Part shown: one piece after another, positions 54,055 to 62,483 of the stretch
Layout of the letters: each line of letters opens with the position of its first letter
Numbering within the stretch: position 1 is the first letter of the stretch
From: Akkermansiaceae bacterium
Lineage (GTDB): Bacteria; Verrucomicrobiota; Verrucomicrobiia; Verrucomicrobiales; Akkermansiaceae
Assembly (NCBI GenBank): GCA_039769075.1
Contig: JBDMZE010000012.1
Coordinates: forward strand, 171 to 64,170
Direction: 5' to 3'
DNA length: 64,000 bases
The notes under the pieces: generated by a model
What the model was told of the DNA's origin: nothing
Database searches by the model: none
What the model saw: only the letters and a program-made list of their open reading frames with translations
Program-made: the position numbers and the translations under genes

Positions 54055-55431
54055 ATGCGTCGTTTCCTTTTCATCGCGCTCATCTCTCTCGCTCGCGCAG
54101 CCTCGCCTGATGGCATGACGCCGTTGCTGGAAGCCGCGCACAAAGATGACACCGCACTCGCGAAACGTCTTCTCGATTCTGGAGCCGCGCCTTCTGCTGA
54201 GAATCGCTACGGCATCACTCCTCTCTACCTCGCTTGTCTCAATGGCAATGGCGATCTTGTCACCGCGCTTCTCGAAGCCGGAGCGGACCCCAATGCTGCC
54301 ATCGTTGGAAAAGAGACCGCGCTCATGACCGCAAGCCGCACCGGAAAGATCGGAGCCGTTGAAGCGCTCCTGAAAGCCGGAGCCAAGGTCGATGCCCGTG
54401 ATAAAAGTGATCAAAGCGCCATCATGTGGGCTGCTGCCGAGGGCAATCTCGAAGTGGTAAATGCTCTCCTCGCGGCTGGAGCCGATCCTTTTCGACAACT
54501 TAAGAACTCGGGTTACAGCGCCTTCTTTTTCGCCATCCGTGAAGGAAAGACCGCGCTCGTCCGCCTTTTGTTAGAAAAAGGAGCTGATCTCGGCGAGGTC
54601 ATGAGTCATGAGAAGGGCAGGGGAGATTTAGCCCGTCCCAAGACAAGCCCTCTCCTTCTGGCGGTCGAAAATGGTCACTACGATCTCGCCACCGAACTTC
54701 TCGAAGCTGGCGCGGACCCGAATGACACGCGCACCGGTTTTAGCGTCCTTCACAGCCTCACCTGGATTCGGAAGCCCGACATTGGCGAATCATCCGATGG
54801 CGATCCAGCTCCCGAGGGTTCTGGCCGTCGCGACAGCCTCCAGTTCGTCCGCGAACTCGTGAAGCACGGTGCTGACGTCAATCTCCAGCTCAAGAAAGGG
54901 AGAAAAGGCGGAAATGGGCGCGTCAGCCAGATCGAAGCCACGCCTTTATTCCTCGCTGCTGATCGTGCTGATCTTCCCTATATCAAACTACTCGTCGAAC
55001 TTGGCGCAGATCCGCTCCTGACGAATCGGGATGGAACGACGCCCCTCATGGTCGCCGCCGGAATCGGAAGCTTCGCCCCCGAGGAAGAAGCGGGAAATGA
55101 GGTCGAGTGTCTCGCCACCGTCAAATACCTCGTTTCAAAGGGCGCTTCGGTCAACACCGTAGATACCAAGGGCGAGACCGCGATGCACGGCGCGGCCTAC
55201 AAGAATCTCCCGACCATGGTCCACTACCTCGATGCCCAAAAATCGGACATCAAGATCTGGAACACTAAGAACAAGGACGGCCGCACTCCACTCCTCATCG
55301 CCGAGGGCTATCGCCCGGGGAATTTCAAACCCTCCTTCGAGACCATCGACGCGTTCGAAAATGTGATGAAGTCAAAAGGCGTCGCCATCCCTGACGGACC
55401 GAAGCCGAAGAAGACCAACTACGGTGAGTGA
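54055..55431 (+). CDS. Secreted ankyrin-repeat protein
   Basis: Signal peptide MRRFLFIALISLARA. At least 8 ankyrin repeats (G.TPL..A...G....V..LL..GADPN pattern). The start lies 3 nt after the DUF1552 stop. Confidence 0.85.
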   Translation: MRRFLFIALISLARAASPDGMTPLLEAAHKDDTALAKRLLDSGAAPSAENRYGITPLYLACLNGNGDLVTALLEAGADPNAAIVGKETALMTASRTGKIGAVEALLKAGAKVDARDKSDQSAIMWAAAEGNLEVVNALLAAGADPFRQLKNSGYSAFFFAIREGKTALVRLLLEKGADLGEVMSHEKGRGDLARPKTSPLLLAVENGHYDLATELLEAGADPNDTRTGFSVLHSLTWIRKPDIGESSDGDPAPEGSGRRDSLQFVRELVKHGADVNLQLKKGRKGGNGRVSQIEATPLFLAADRADLPYIKLLVELGADPLLTNRDGTTPLMVAAGIGSFAPEEEAGNEVECLATVKYLVSKGASVNTVDTKGETAMHGAAYKNLPTMVHYLDAQKSDIKIWNTKNKDGRTPLLIAEGYRPGNFKPSFETIDAFENVMKSKGVAIPDGPKPKKTNYGE

Positions 55432-55433
55432 AC

Positions 55434-57380
55434 CTAGTTAAGGGTCACCTTTAATCTCAGAAAGCGCCTAGCAGTCCCTGCGATAGGTGAATCGATTCGG
55501 TAGAGATCAGGGCTGACTTGGGTAGACTGCTCATCAGTCCAGCTAATCAGGTCAGCCGAGGATTGAACCTGAAAGATGACATCGCTGCGGCTAGGGCCTC
55601 GTTGAAAGCTGATCGTGGAGAATCCGCCGACGACTCCGCCACTCTGAACAGCATCGGGGTTCGAGACCGAAGGATCGGTCCCGAGGGCATATTCCAGAAG
55701 CGCGCTGAGGCCGTCCTGATCAAGATCTTCATCTTCACTGGTGACTCCATTCATAGTCGCCCAAGCTTGGTAGGATTCGACTTGTGGCATGTCGGCGATG
55801 CCGGGACCACCACCGAAACTAGAGTGCGTTCCCCAGTTTTCAGGGAGTGCACTATTCGGGTTGGTGGACGGGTCTAGGAGAATCATCGAGTAGCCGCTAC
55901 CATCGGGTTGAGTGGGCCATGGTTCGTCGTCGGTATAAGAAAGACTGTGAAGAGCTCCTACGCCTGTCAGCGAGAGGCTGATGAAATCGTCACTGTTAGA
56001 TAGATTTCCAGAATATTCACCACCGATTGCTACGCCATTTCCATAGCGCACGGCGAAGGCTTCAGGATCCTTTACTAGCACGACGCGACCTCCGGCAGCG
56101 AGGATGGTATTATCAGCGAAAGCGAAGCCGATTCCGGTTGAGAAATGGACCCCCGTGGTAGACGCCATTAAAGTAGATGTGCACGAAACGTCCGTGTGCT
56201 GAGATGTTGCCCATCTCTAGCATGGTGTCGTCGGTAAAGCGGTTCGAGAGATAGGCTCCGCGGTTGATCATGTCGTGGTTACCGGCGCGAACGTCGAGGC
56301 TGTCGAAATTGCTCGTCGGCGGGATGGTGTAATCAGTCTCTTCAAAGAGAGGGAACTTAAGGCGGCTCGGGCCGTAGAGTGAGCGGAAGTGGAGGCGGAA
56401 GCTGCGCTTATGAAAATCGGTTACGTAGGAGCCGAAACGGACGGCGCCGGCATCGATTTGCTTGGAGCCGGATTCGAAGTTCAGAAGCTCGATGGAAATG
56501 GGGCTCTCGGTGCGGTCGATGTCCGAGCCATCGAAGCTTAACGAGATCGTCGGGATCGCGGTCAAGGCATCGATCATCTGTGGGCCATAGACCGAGCTCT
56601 GGGTGATGGTTGTGCTCATCTCAGGCTGATTCACCACGTCGGCAGGGAAGAGATAAGTGTGAGTGTCGATATTTGTTGATAGGAAGCGGTCTTTGTAAGC
56701 GATCGCTCGGACAATGGTGGTCTCACTGATCGAAATTGGACCGCTATAAATGATTCCGGAGTTCTCGCTGGGGATCGAACCATTGGTGGTGTAGCGGATC
56801 GTTGCCCCGTCGGTGAGGGTGGAAATAACGAGGCTGATCGGTGCATCGTAGAGGCCGCGATTCATCGAAAATTTGGTGTCCAGAGTGATGCCAGTCACAC
56901 TCGTTCCATTCGCTTCGCCCGGAGTCGGAGTGGGGTAGAATTGACCACTGTAGGAAATATCAGTGAACTGCTCGGGGTAGTCCATGAACTCGCTGGCGAT
57001 GGTCGTGCCATCTGGCTTTACAAGAGCGAGGTAGCCTCCAGCGCTGGATTGGAGTTTGAAATTTGTGTGGAGTTCGCCAACCACTGGAGCGCGATTTTTT
57101 CCGAAGCAAAGACGATGATGCGTCCACCATTCGCGACCTCGGCGGCGGGCGGTTCCCACTTGGTAAGGAGGAGGGGGTCGTCGGTGAGGAACCAGCCACC
57201 TAGGTCTCCGGTGACGCCTGAGGTGTTCTCGATCTCGATCCAGTCAGGTTCGTCACCATCTGCATCGGTGAGGGTCTCGTCGTTGTCAGCGAGAAACTCA
57301 CTGATCGTGGCATTGTCGAGAGTTGCTCCGTAGGTTGAGAGACAGAGTGTTGCGAAGAGTAGAGGAAGCCGCCAAAACAT
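55434..57380 (-). pseudogene. Disrupted LTD-CotH-LTD secreted protein gene
   Basis: Three ORF pieces. Piece 57380-57018 has a signal peptide plus a lamin-tail domain. Piece 57159-56113 has ELHTNFKL, a GATIRYTTNG domain and the CotH N-terminal half. Piece 56168-55434 has a second LTD plus a C-terminal module. There is a frameshift in the A6 run at 57095-57100. At about 56150-56165 the frame changes and the C-terminal half of the CotH domain is missing. Confidence 0.7.
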
Positions 57381-57440
57381 GGGCCAGCCTAATCTTCACC
57401 CTTAGCTCTGGCAATTTAGATCTTCATTTAGTCTCGATTT

Positions 57441-58877
57441 CTAGGTTCCACAGAATGTTTCTTGAACAACTTCTTCGGGAGTCGGTGCCGCTTCAAGCTC
57501 ACTGAGCTGATTATTTTCTTCAAAGGGCGTCACCCAAGCCTCGGCGAGGCGGTTGAAAAGAGAAAAGTCATCCTTGTAGGCGGCCTGAATTGCTTGCTCG
57601 ACCCGATGGTTCCGAGGAATGCGGATAGGGTTGGCTTGTCGCATTTGTCCCAAAAGCTCAGCGGGTTTTGCGAGGGTCTGCCATTTTTTAAACCAAAGCA
57701 AAAAAGGTGACTGATCTTTAAAAAGAGAGGCTAGTTCGGCTGGATCGGTCCCGGAGGCAACTTGCGTGAGTTGGCGGAAAAAGATGGTGAAATCGATCTC
57801 CTGAGTGGCGAGGAGGTCGAGGGTTTCATCGACAAGTTTCGGATCGGAGTCTGAAGGCAGCGCCAACTTTTCGCGGAAGCGGTGGAGGTAGTGCTCTTGG
57901 AATTGTGGGGCGAATTTCTTGAGGGAAGTCTCGGCCAGTTTAATCGCAGCATCTTGATCGGAATCGATGAGGGGGAGGAGGGTCTCAGCGAAGCGGGTGA
58001 GATTCCAGTGCGCCATGCTGGGCTGATTTCCCCAGGCGTAGCGCGCGTTGCGATCGATCGAGCTGAAGACGCAGTTTGGGTGAAATTTATCAATGAAGGC
58101 GCAGGGACCGAAGTCGATGGTTTCGCCGGAAATGGCGCAGTTGTCCGTGTTCATCACCCCGTGGATGAAGCCGACCGACATCCACTTTGAGATCAGCGAG
58201 GCTTGTGCTGAAATGATGGCGTCGAGAAGATCGAGGTAGGAACTCGCCTCTGGGTAGTGTCTTTCAATGGTGTAGTCGGCGAGAATTCGAATCGCTTCGG
58301 TATCTTGGCGAGCAGCAAAATACTGAAAAGTGCCAACGCGGATGTGACTGCTTGCGACGCGGGTGAAGATGCCGCCGGGGACCGAGCCTTCTTGGCGATA
58401 GACCGCTTCACCAGTGGAGACAGCCGCGAGGGCGCGGGTGCTGGGGATGCCAAGCGCGTGCATCGCTTCGCTGACGAGATATTCGCGGAGGACGGGGCCA
58501 AGGGCGGACTTACCATCGCCACCTCGGGAGAAGGGCGTGCGGCCGGAGCCTTTTAGCTGGAGATCGCGGCGTGCGCCGGAGGAGTCGATGAGCTCACCGA
58601 TCAGGAGAGCGCGGCCATCGCCGAGCTGGGGTGAAAAGTTTCCGAACTGGTGGCCCGAGTAGGCTTGGGCGAGGGGACTCGCTTCAGCGGGGACGCCATT
58701 TCCAGAAAAAAGGGCGAGACCATTAGGGCCTTCCAGCCAGTGCGGGTTGAGACCAAGTTCTTTGGCGAGAGAATGATTGAGTCGAAGAAGCTGAGGGTCG
58801 GGGACGCTTGCTGGGTTCTGTTTTTCGTAGAAGCGCTCCGGGAGGCGGGCGTAGCTGTTATCGAAGGGAATTTTCAC
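57441..58877 (-). CDS. selO: Protein adenylyltransferase SelO (YdiU/UPF0061)
   Basis: 478 aa. YSGHQFG..SPQLGDGRA, LQLKGSGRTPFSR and HGVMNTDN motifs. Confidence 0.9.
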   Translation of the reverse strand: MKIPFDNSYARLPERFYEKQNPASVPDPQLLRLNHSLAKELGLNPHWLEGPNGLALFSGNGVPAEASPLAQAYSGHQFGNFSPQLGDGRALLIGELIDSSGARRDLQLKGSGRTPFSRGGDGKSALGPVLREYLVSEAMHALGIPSTRALAAVSTGEAVYRQEGSVPGGIFTRVASSHIRVGTFQYFAARQDTEAIRILADYTIERHYPEASSYLDLLDAIISAQASLISKWMSVGFIHGVMNTDNCAISGETIDFGPCAFIDKFHPNCVFSSIDRNARYAWGNQPSMAHWNLTRFAETLLPLIDSDQDAAIKLAETSLKKFAPQFQEHYLHRFREKLALPSDSDPKLVDETLDLLATQEIDFTIFFRQLTQVASGTDPAELASLFKDQSPFLLWFKKWQTLAKPAELLGQMRQANPIRIPRNHRVEQAIQAAYKDDFSLFNRLAEAWVTPFEENNQLSELEAAPTPEEVVQETFCGT

Positions 58878-58879
58878 GG

Positions 58880-59446
58880 TTACTTCCTCATCGATTTCGC
58901 GATTTCAGCAGCCAGCTGGTCCACGAGTTCGCTCTGCGCCGAGACTAGTGCATCGTAGCCATCACCCCTCAAAGGAGCGGTGAGGGTGGTTGTGTTACTG
59001 GCGATCAGATTTCCGACCGGTAGGCGGTAGAGACGCCAAGAGGCTTCCATGAAGGCGTCGCCATCGGTGGTGCCATGGAATTGGCTCAAGTCGACGGTCA
59101 CCTGATAATCGAGTTCATTATTCGTGTCCCAGGGGTAGGGTTGGATGCGTCCGGTGCCGGTGCGGCGGCCGAGATTGATTCCTAGGACGCGGCCGAAGTT
59201 GTCATCAAGCTCGCCCGCCCACTGATGGTAGTCCGACATTTCAATCTGATTCGGGCTGGCTTGGAAGAGGACGTAAGGACGCTCAACGAGATAGTTCGCG
59301 GCGATGATGGGGCCGATCCCGAGGCCAACACCTTGGCGATTCGGAGCCTGCCCGGCGGGGGAGAGGACGTAGTAGCTTGTTGTCGTGGAGCTACAGGAAA
59401 GGAGGAGGCCGAATAAGAGGCCGAGGATGGAAAAACGAGCAGTCAT
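58880..59446 (-). CDS. pqiC: PqiC-like lipoprotein (ABC-type transport auxiliary component, DUF330)
   Basis: Lipobox LLLSCSS, about 190 aa, immediately downstream of pqiB. Confidence 0.7.
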   Translation of the reverse strand: MTARFSILGLLFGLLLSCSSTTTSYYVLSPAGQAPNRQGVGLGIGPIIAANYLVERPYVLFQASPNQIEMSDYHQWAGELDDNFGRVLGINLGRRTGTGRIQPYPWDTNNELDYQVTVDLSQFHGTTDGDAFMEASWRLYRLPVGNLIASNTTTLTAPLRGDGYDALVSAQSELVDQLAAEIAKSMRK

Positions 59447-59458
59447 GAGAAAGGGAGG

Positions 59459-61165
59459 TTAGCGGCGGGCGCGGGGGATTTTCTTCGAGTTCGGGTCTTT
59501 TCCAAAGATCAGCGAGTTGGGCTTGTCGGCGATCTCGGTCGTCATGCGGTCGATGGATCGGGTGACTTTGCGCAGCTCATCCATGGTGCGGAGGAGGTCG
59601 CCATAGATCGCTCCTTCATTTGAAAACGGCTTCATGCTTTTATTGAGCTGGGCGAGTGAAAGACGGATGTCACCGGGGAGGGCTTTGGTGTCGGTGCTAT
59701 TCATGACCTCGTTGAGCGCGGTCATCATTTCCTTGGCCTGCGTCATCGTGAGCTTGGTCTCGGCAAGGACTTCATCAGTGTCGCCGAGGCTGTCTTGGAT
59801 ATCGCGCATCGTGTTGGTTGCTTCTTTTGCAGCATCGGTGAACTCTGCCAGAAGCGGCTCTACTTCGAGATCGTTGAGCTTTTTGAGGAGCTCTGCGACG
59901 CTATCCTCAAGGCGGCCAAAGCCGGTTTCGACGCTGGGGATGATGAGGCAGTCATCGATCTGCACGATCTCAGTTGGCGGGATGTCGGGGTAGTAGTCTA
60001 GATCAACGTAGAGCTGCCCAGTAAGGACATTGCTGGTCTTTAGGGAGGCACGTAATCCTTGGGCGAAGGCTTCCTTGATCCCTTCGAGACCTTCATCGCG
60101 AAGGCCTTCTGGAAAGTGACGTTTCAAGAGGTCGTCGTTGAGTTGAATGAGAACTGGCGTCTTTTCAACAGTGGCATGGGAGACGAGTTGATAGGAAATT
60201 TCGCTCACGCGCCCGACACGGAGACCCCGGAATTCGACCGGAGCACCTGGATTGAGGCCTCTCACCTGTTCTTCGACGAGAATGAGAAGGTCAGCTGCGC
60301 TCTTGAATCCATCCGCATCGGCACCATTGGTGTCTTCGAATAGAGTGAAGCGATTCACTACTGATGGCAGTTCGAAGCCGTCTGGGAGACCATCGGGAAC
60401 ACCGAAGTTGATACGGCCTGACACCAGAGAGTCGAGAGAGGGGAGCTCCAGTTGGAAGCCACTGGTATCGACTTTGAGATCGATCCCATTGTCTCGCCAG
60501 AAGCGCGTCTCGGAGTTGACCAGCTGCGCAAAGCGCTCCTCGATAAATATTCCGAACTCGGTGATGCGGAGATTAGGGTCGAAGAAGCGGCTCTCCACTT
60601 TTCCAACCTTGTTTTCCATGAAATAGATGCCGCTACCGACGTCGATCGAACCTGGCATTTCTGAGATGAGGCTGAGGCGAAGTCCTGGGACGGTGCTTGG
60701 AGTCAGCGGAGGCTGTTCTTCCCCAATAAAGGAAAACTTTTCCTCACCAGGCTGTCCGGGATCAAGCTCGATGTAAGCTCCGCTTAAAAGGGTGCCCAGT
60801 CCTGATATGCCCGCGCCTGTAATGCGGGGGCGGACGACCCAGAACTTCGATTGCTTTCGAACAAGAGCGACGTGTTCGCTATTGATGCGCATCCCGATGC
60901 TCACGGTGAGATCCTTAGGGTCGAGCTTGATCGATTCCACCTTGCCGATTTTAACGCTCCGACAACGCACCTCGGTCTTGTCAACGGCTAGGCCCTCGGC
61001 GTTTTCAAAGGAAACCGTAACAAGTTCACCGCGTTCAGTCACGCTGCGATTCACCAGCCAGATGCCTAGAAAAAGCCCTAGAATCGGGATGATCCAGACC
61101 TTGCTAATCTTTCGGTCACGAGAGACCGCTGGCTTGGTGCTCTTGGTGTTTGTAGAATCTTTCAT
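59459..61165 (-). CDS. pqiB: PqiB-like multi-MCE-domain intermembrane transport protein
   Basis: 568 aa. N-terminal TM helix, repeated MCE/MlaD-like segments (VRCRSVKIGKV..., VEFRGLRVGRV...) and a C-terminal helical region. Confidence 0.8.
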   Translation of the reverse strand: MKDSTNTKSTKPAVSRDRKISKVWIIPILGLFLGIWLVNRSVTERGELVTVSFENAEGLAVDKTEVRCRSVKIGKVESIKLDPKDLTVSIGMRINSEHVALVRKQSKFWVVRPRITGAGISGLGTLLSGAYIELDPGQPGEEKFSFIGEEQPPLTPSTVPGLRLSLISEMPGSIDVGSGIYFMENKVGKVESRFFDPNLRITEFGIFIEERFAQLVNSETRFWRDNGIDLKVDTSGFQLELPSLDSLVSGRINFGVPDGLPDGFELPSVVNRFTLFEDTNGADADGFKSAADLLILVEEQVRGLNPGAPVEFRGLRVGRVSEISYQLVSHATVEKTPVLIQLNDDLLKRHFPEGLRDEGLEGIKEAFAQGLRASLKTSNVLTGQLYVDLDYYPDIPPTEIVQIDDCLIIPSVETGFGRLEDSVAELLKKLNDLEVEPLLAEFTDAAKEATNTMRDIQDSLGDTDEVLAETKLTMTQAKEMMTALNEVMNSTDTKALPGDIRLSLAQLNKSMKPFSNEGAIYGDLLRTMDELRKVTRSIDRMTTEIADKPNSLIFGKDPNSKKIPRARR

Positions 61166-61779
61166 GACGATTTGAGTTTAGCGCGGTAGTTGTCCCAGAT
61201 GATTCTAGGGTCAAATGCGTGAGCCGCAAGCATGGTGAGGATGACCATGAGGGCGAAGGAGACGGCTGCTGCCCCAGGCTTGATCGACATCAGGTTCCCC
61301 ATTTGGATGAGTGCTACGAGAATGGCGACGACGAAAACGTCAACCATCGACCAGCGGCCCACGAGTTCGGTGAGCCAATAAATCTTATTGGCGCTCTTGG
61401 GATTCGTGGTCACCCAACCTTTCGCGAGGGCGCAGAGCCAGGCAAGAGCGAGGAGTTTGAGTCCGGGGATGAGGACACTGGCGATAAAAATAATGGAGGC
61501 AACGGGATAGGCCTTCATACCCCAGAAGATCGCGACTCCGCCTAGAATCGTGCTCGGTTCGGTCGCTCCAAGCTGGGTGACGACCATGATGGGCCAAATG
61601 TTTGCAGGGATGTAAGCGAGGATGCTTGCAATTAGAAGAGCGGTGCAGCGCTGGACGCTATCGGTTTTGCGAGAGTGCATCGGCGCATGACAGCGAGTGC
61701 AGTGATGCTCGTCCATGCTTCCGATCTGGGTGCAGACATGGCAGCTGACTTTTCCAAGTTGACGAGCACTTTCTAACAT
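61162..61779 (-). CDS. pqiA: PqiA-domain membrane protein (second half-gene)
   Basis: Zinc-ribbon start (CHVC...CTRCH) followed by 4 TM helices. It overlaps both neighbours by a few nt. Confidence 0.75.
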   Translation of the reverse strand: MLESARQLGKVSCHVCTQIGSMDEHHCTRCHAPMHSRKTDSVQRCTALLIASILAYIPANIWPIMVVTQLGATEPSTILGGVAIFWGMKAYPVASIIFIASVLIPGLKLLALAWLCALAKGWVTTNPKSANKIYWLTELVGRWSMVDVFVVAILVALIQMGNLMSIKPGAAAVSFALMVILTMLAAHAFDPRIIWDNYRAKLKSS

Positions 61780-62465
61780 TCCACGCCTCCTTCCACGGCG
61801 AGCTTGTCATTTTTCTTTCGAGCGATCGCGACCTCGATGCGATCCCATAGCTCGATCCTGTCGATTCCTCCGACGGAAGCCGCGATGCTCAGCATGAGGG
61901 CGATCATTGACCAAAAACCGAGCCCCATTGTGATATCGGCGAGCTTCATGAGCTTGAGAAGGCTCACCATCGTGCCCAGAAAAAATACCTCAACCATGAC
62001 CCACGGCTGCACAGTCTGAAAGATGCGCGCGGCGAGTTCCATCCCTGGAAGAGCGCGCCCATTCGAGAGAGGGACACAGAGGTAGAGCAACGAAACGAGA
62101 ATTGTGAGAGGGAGGAGGAAGATAAATACGAAGACAGCGAGCGAAATAAACTCGCCGCCCTCAAGCCAGAGACGAAGGACCGTTTCACCCGCATTGACGG
62201 TCATGGAATTTCCTTGCGCGTCCATCGTGATGAAGGGAAGGAAAAGCATCCCGAAGAAGAAGATGATACCGGAAAGTCCGAAGGCGATCGCTCGCTCTAG
62301 GCTCTGTGGGCGGTTTCGGTAGAGCAAGCTGCCACAGGTGAGGCAGCTTGCGGATTGTCCTTCCTCGATCAATTCCACCTTATGCAGCGAGTCACAGAAG
62401 TGACAGGCGACTTCATGGCCCTCATCGCGCAAGCGAGGCCAAGTCTGACGGTGGAGGAGGTTCAC
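61773..62465 (-). CDS. pqiA: PqiA-domain membrane protein (first half-gene)
   Basis: CHFC...CLTCG zinc ribbon followed by TM helices. Together with 61162-61779 it reproduces the two-repeat PqiA architecture as separate genes. Confidence 0.75.
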   Translation of the reverse strand: MNLLHRQTWPRLRDEGHEVACHFCDSLHKVELIEEGQSASCLTCGSLLYRNRPQSLERAIAFGLSGIIFFFGMLFLPFITMDAQGNSMTVNAGETVLRLWLEGGEFISLAVFVFIFLLPLTILVSLLYLCVPLSNGRALPGMELAARIFQTVQPWVMVEVFFLGTMVSLLKLMKLADITMGLGFWSMIALMLSIAASVGGIDRIELWDRIEVAIARKKNDKLAVEGGVEC

Positions 62466-62483
62466 AAATTAAAAGGGTAACAT

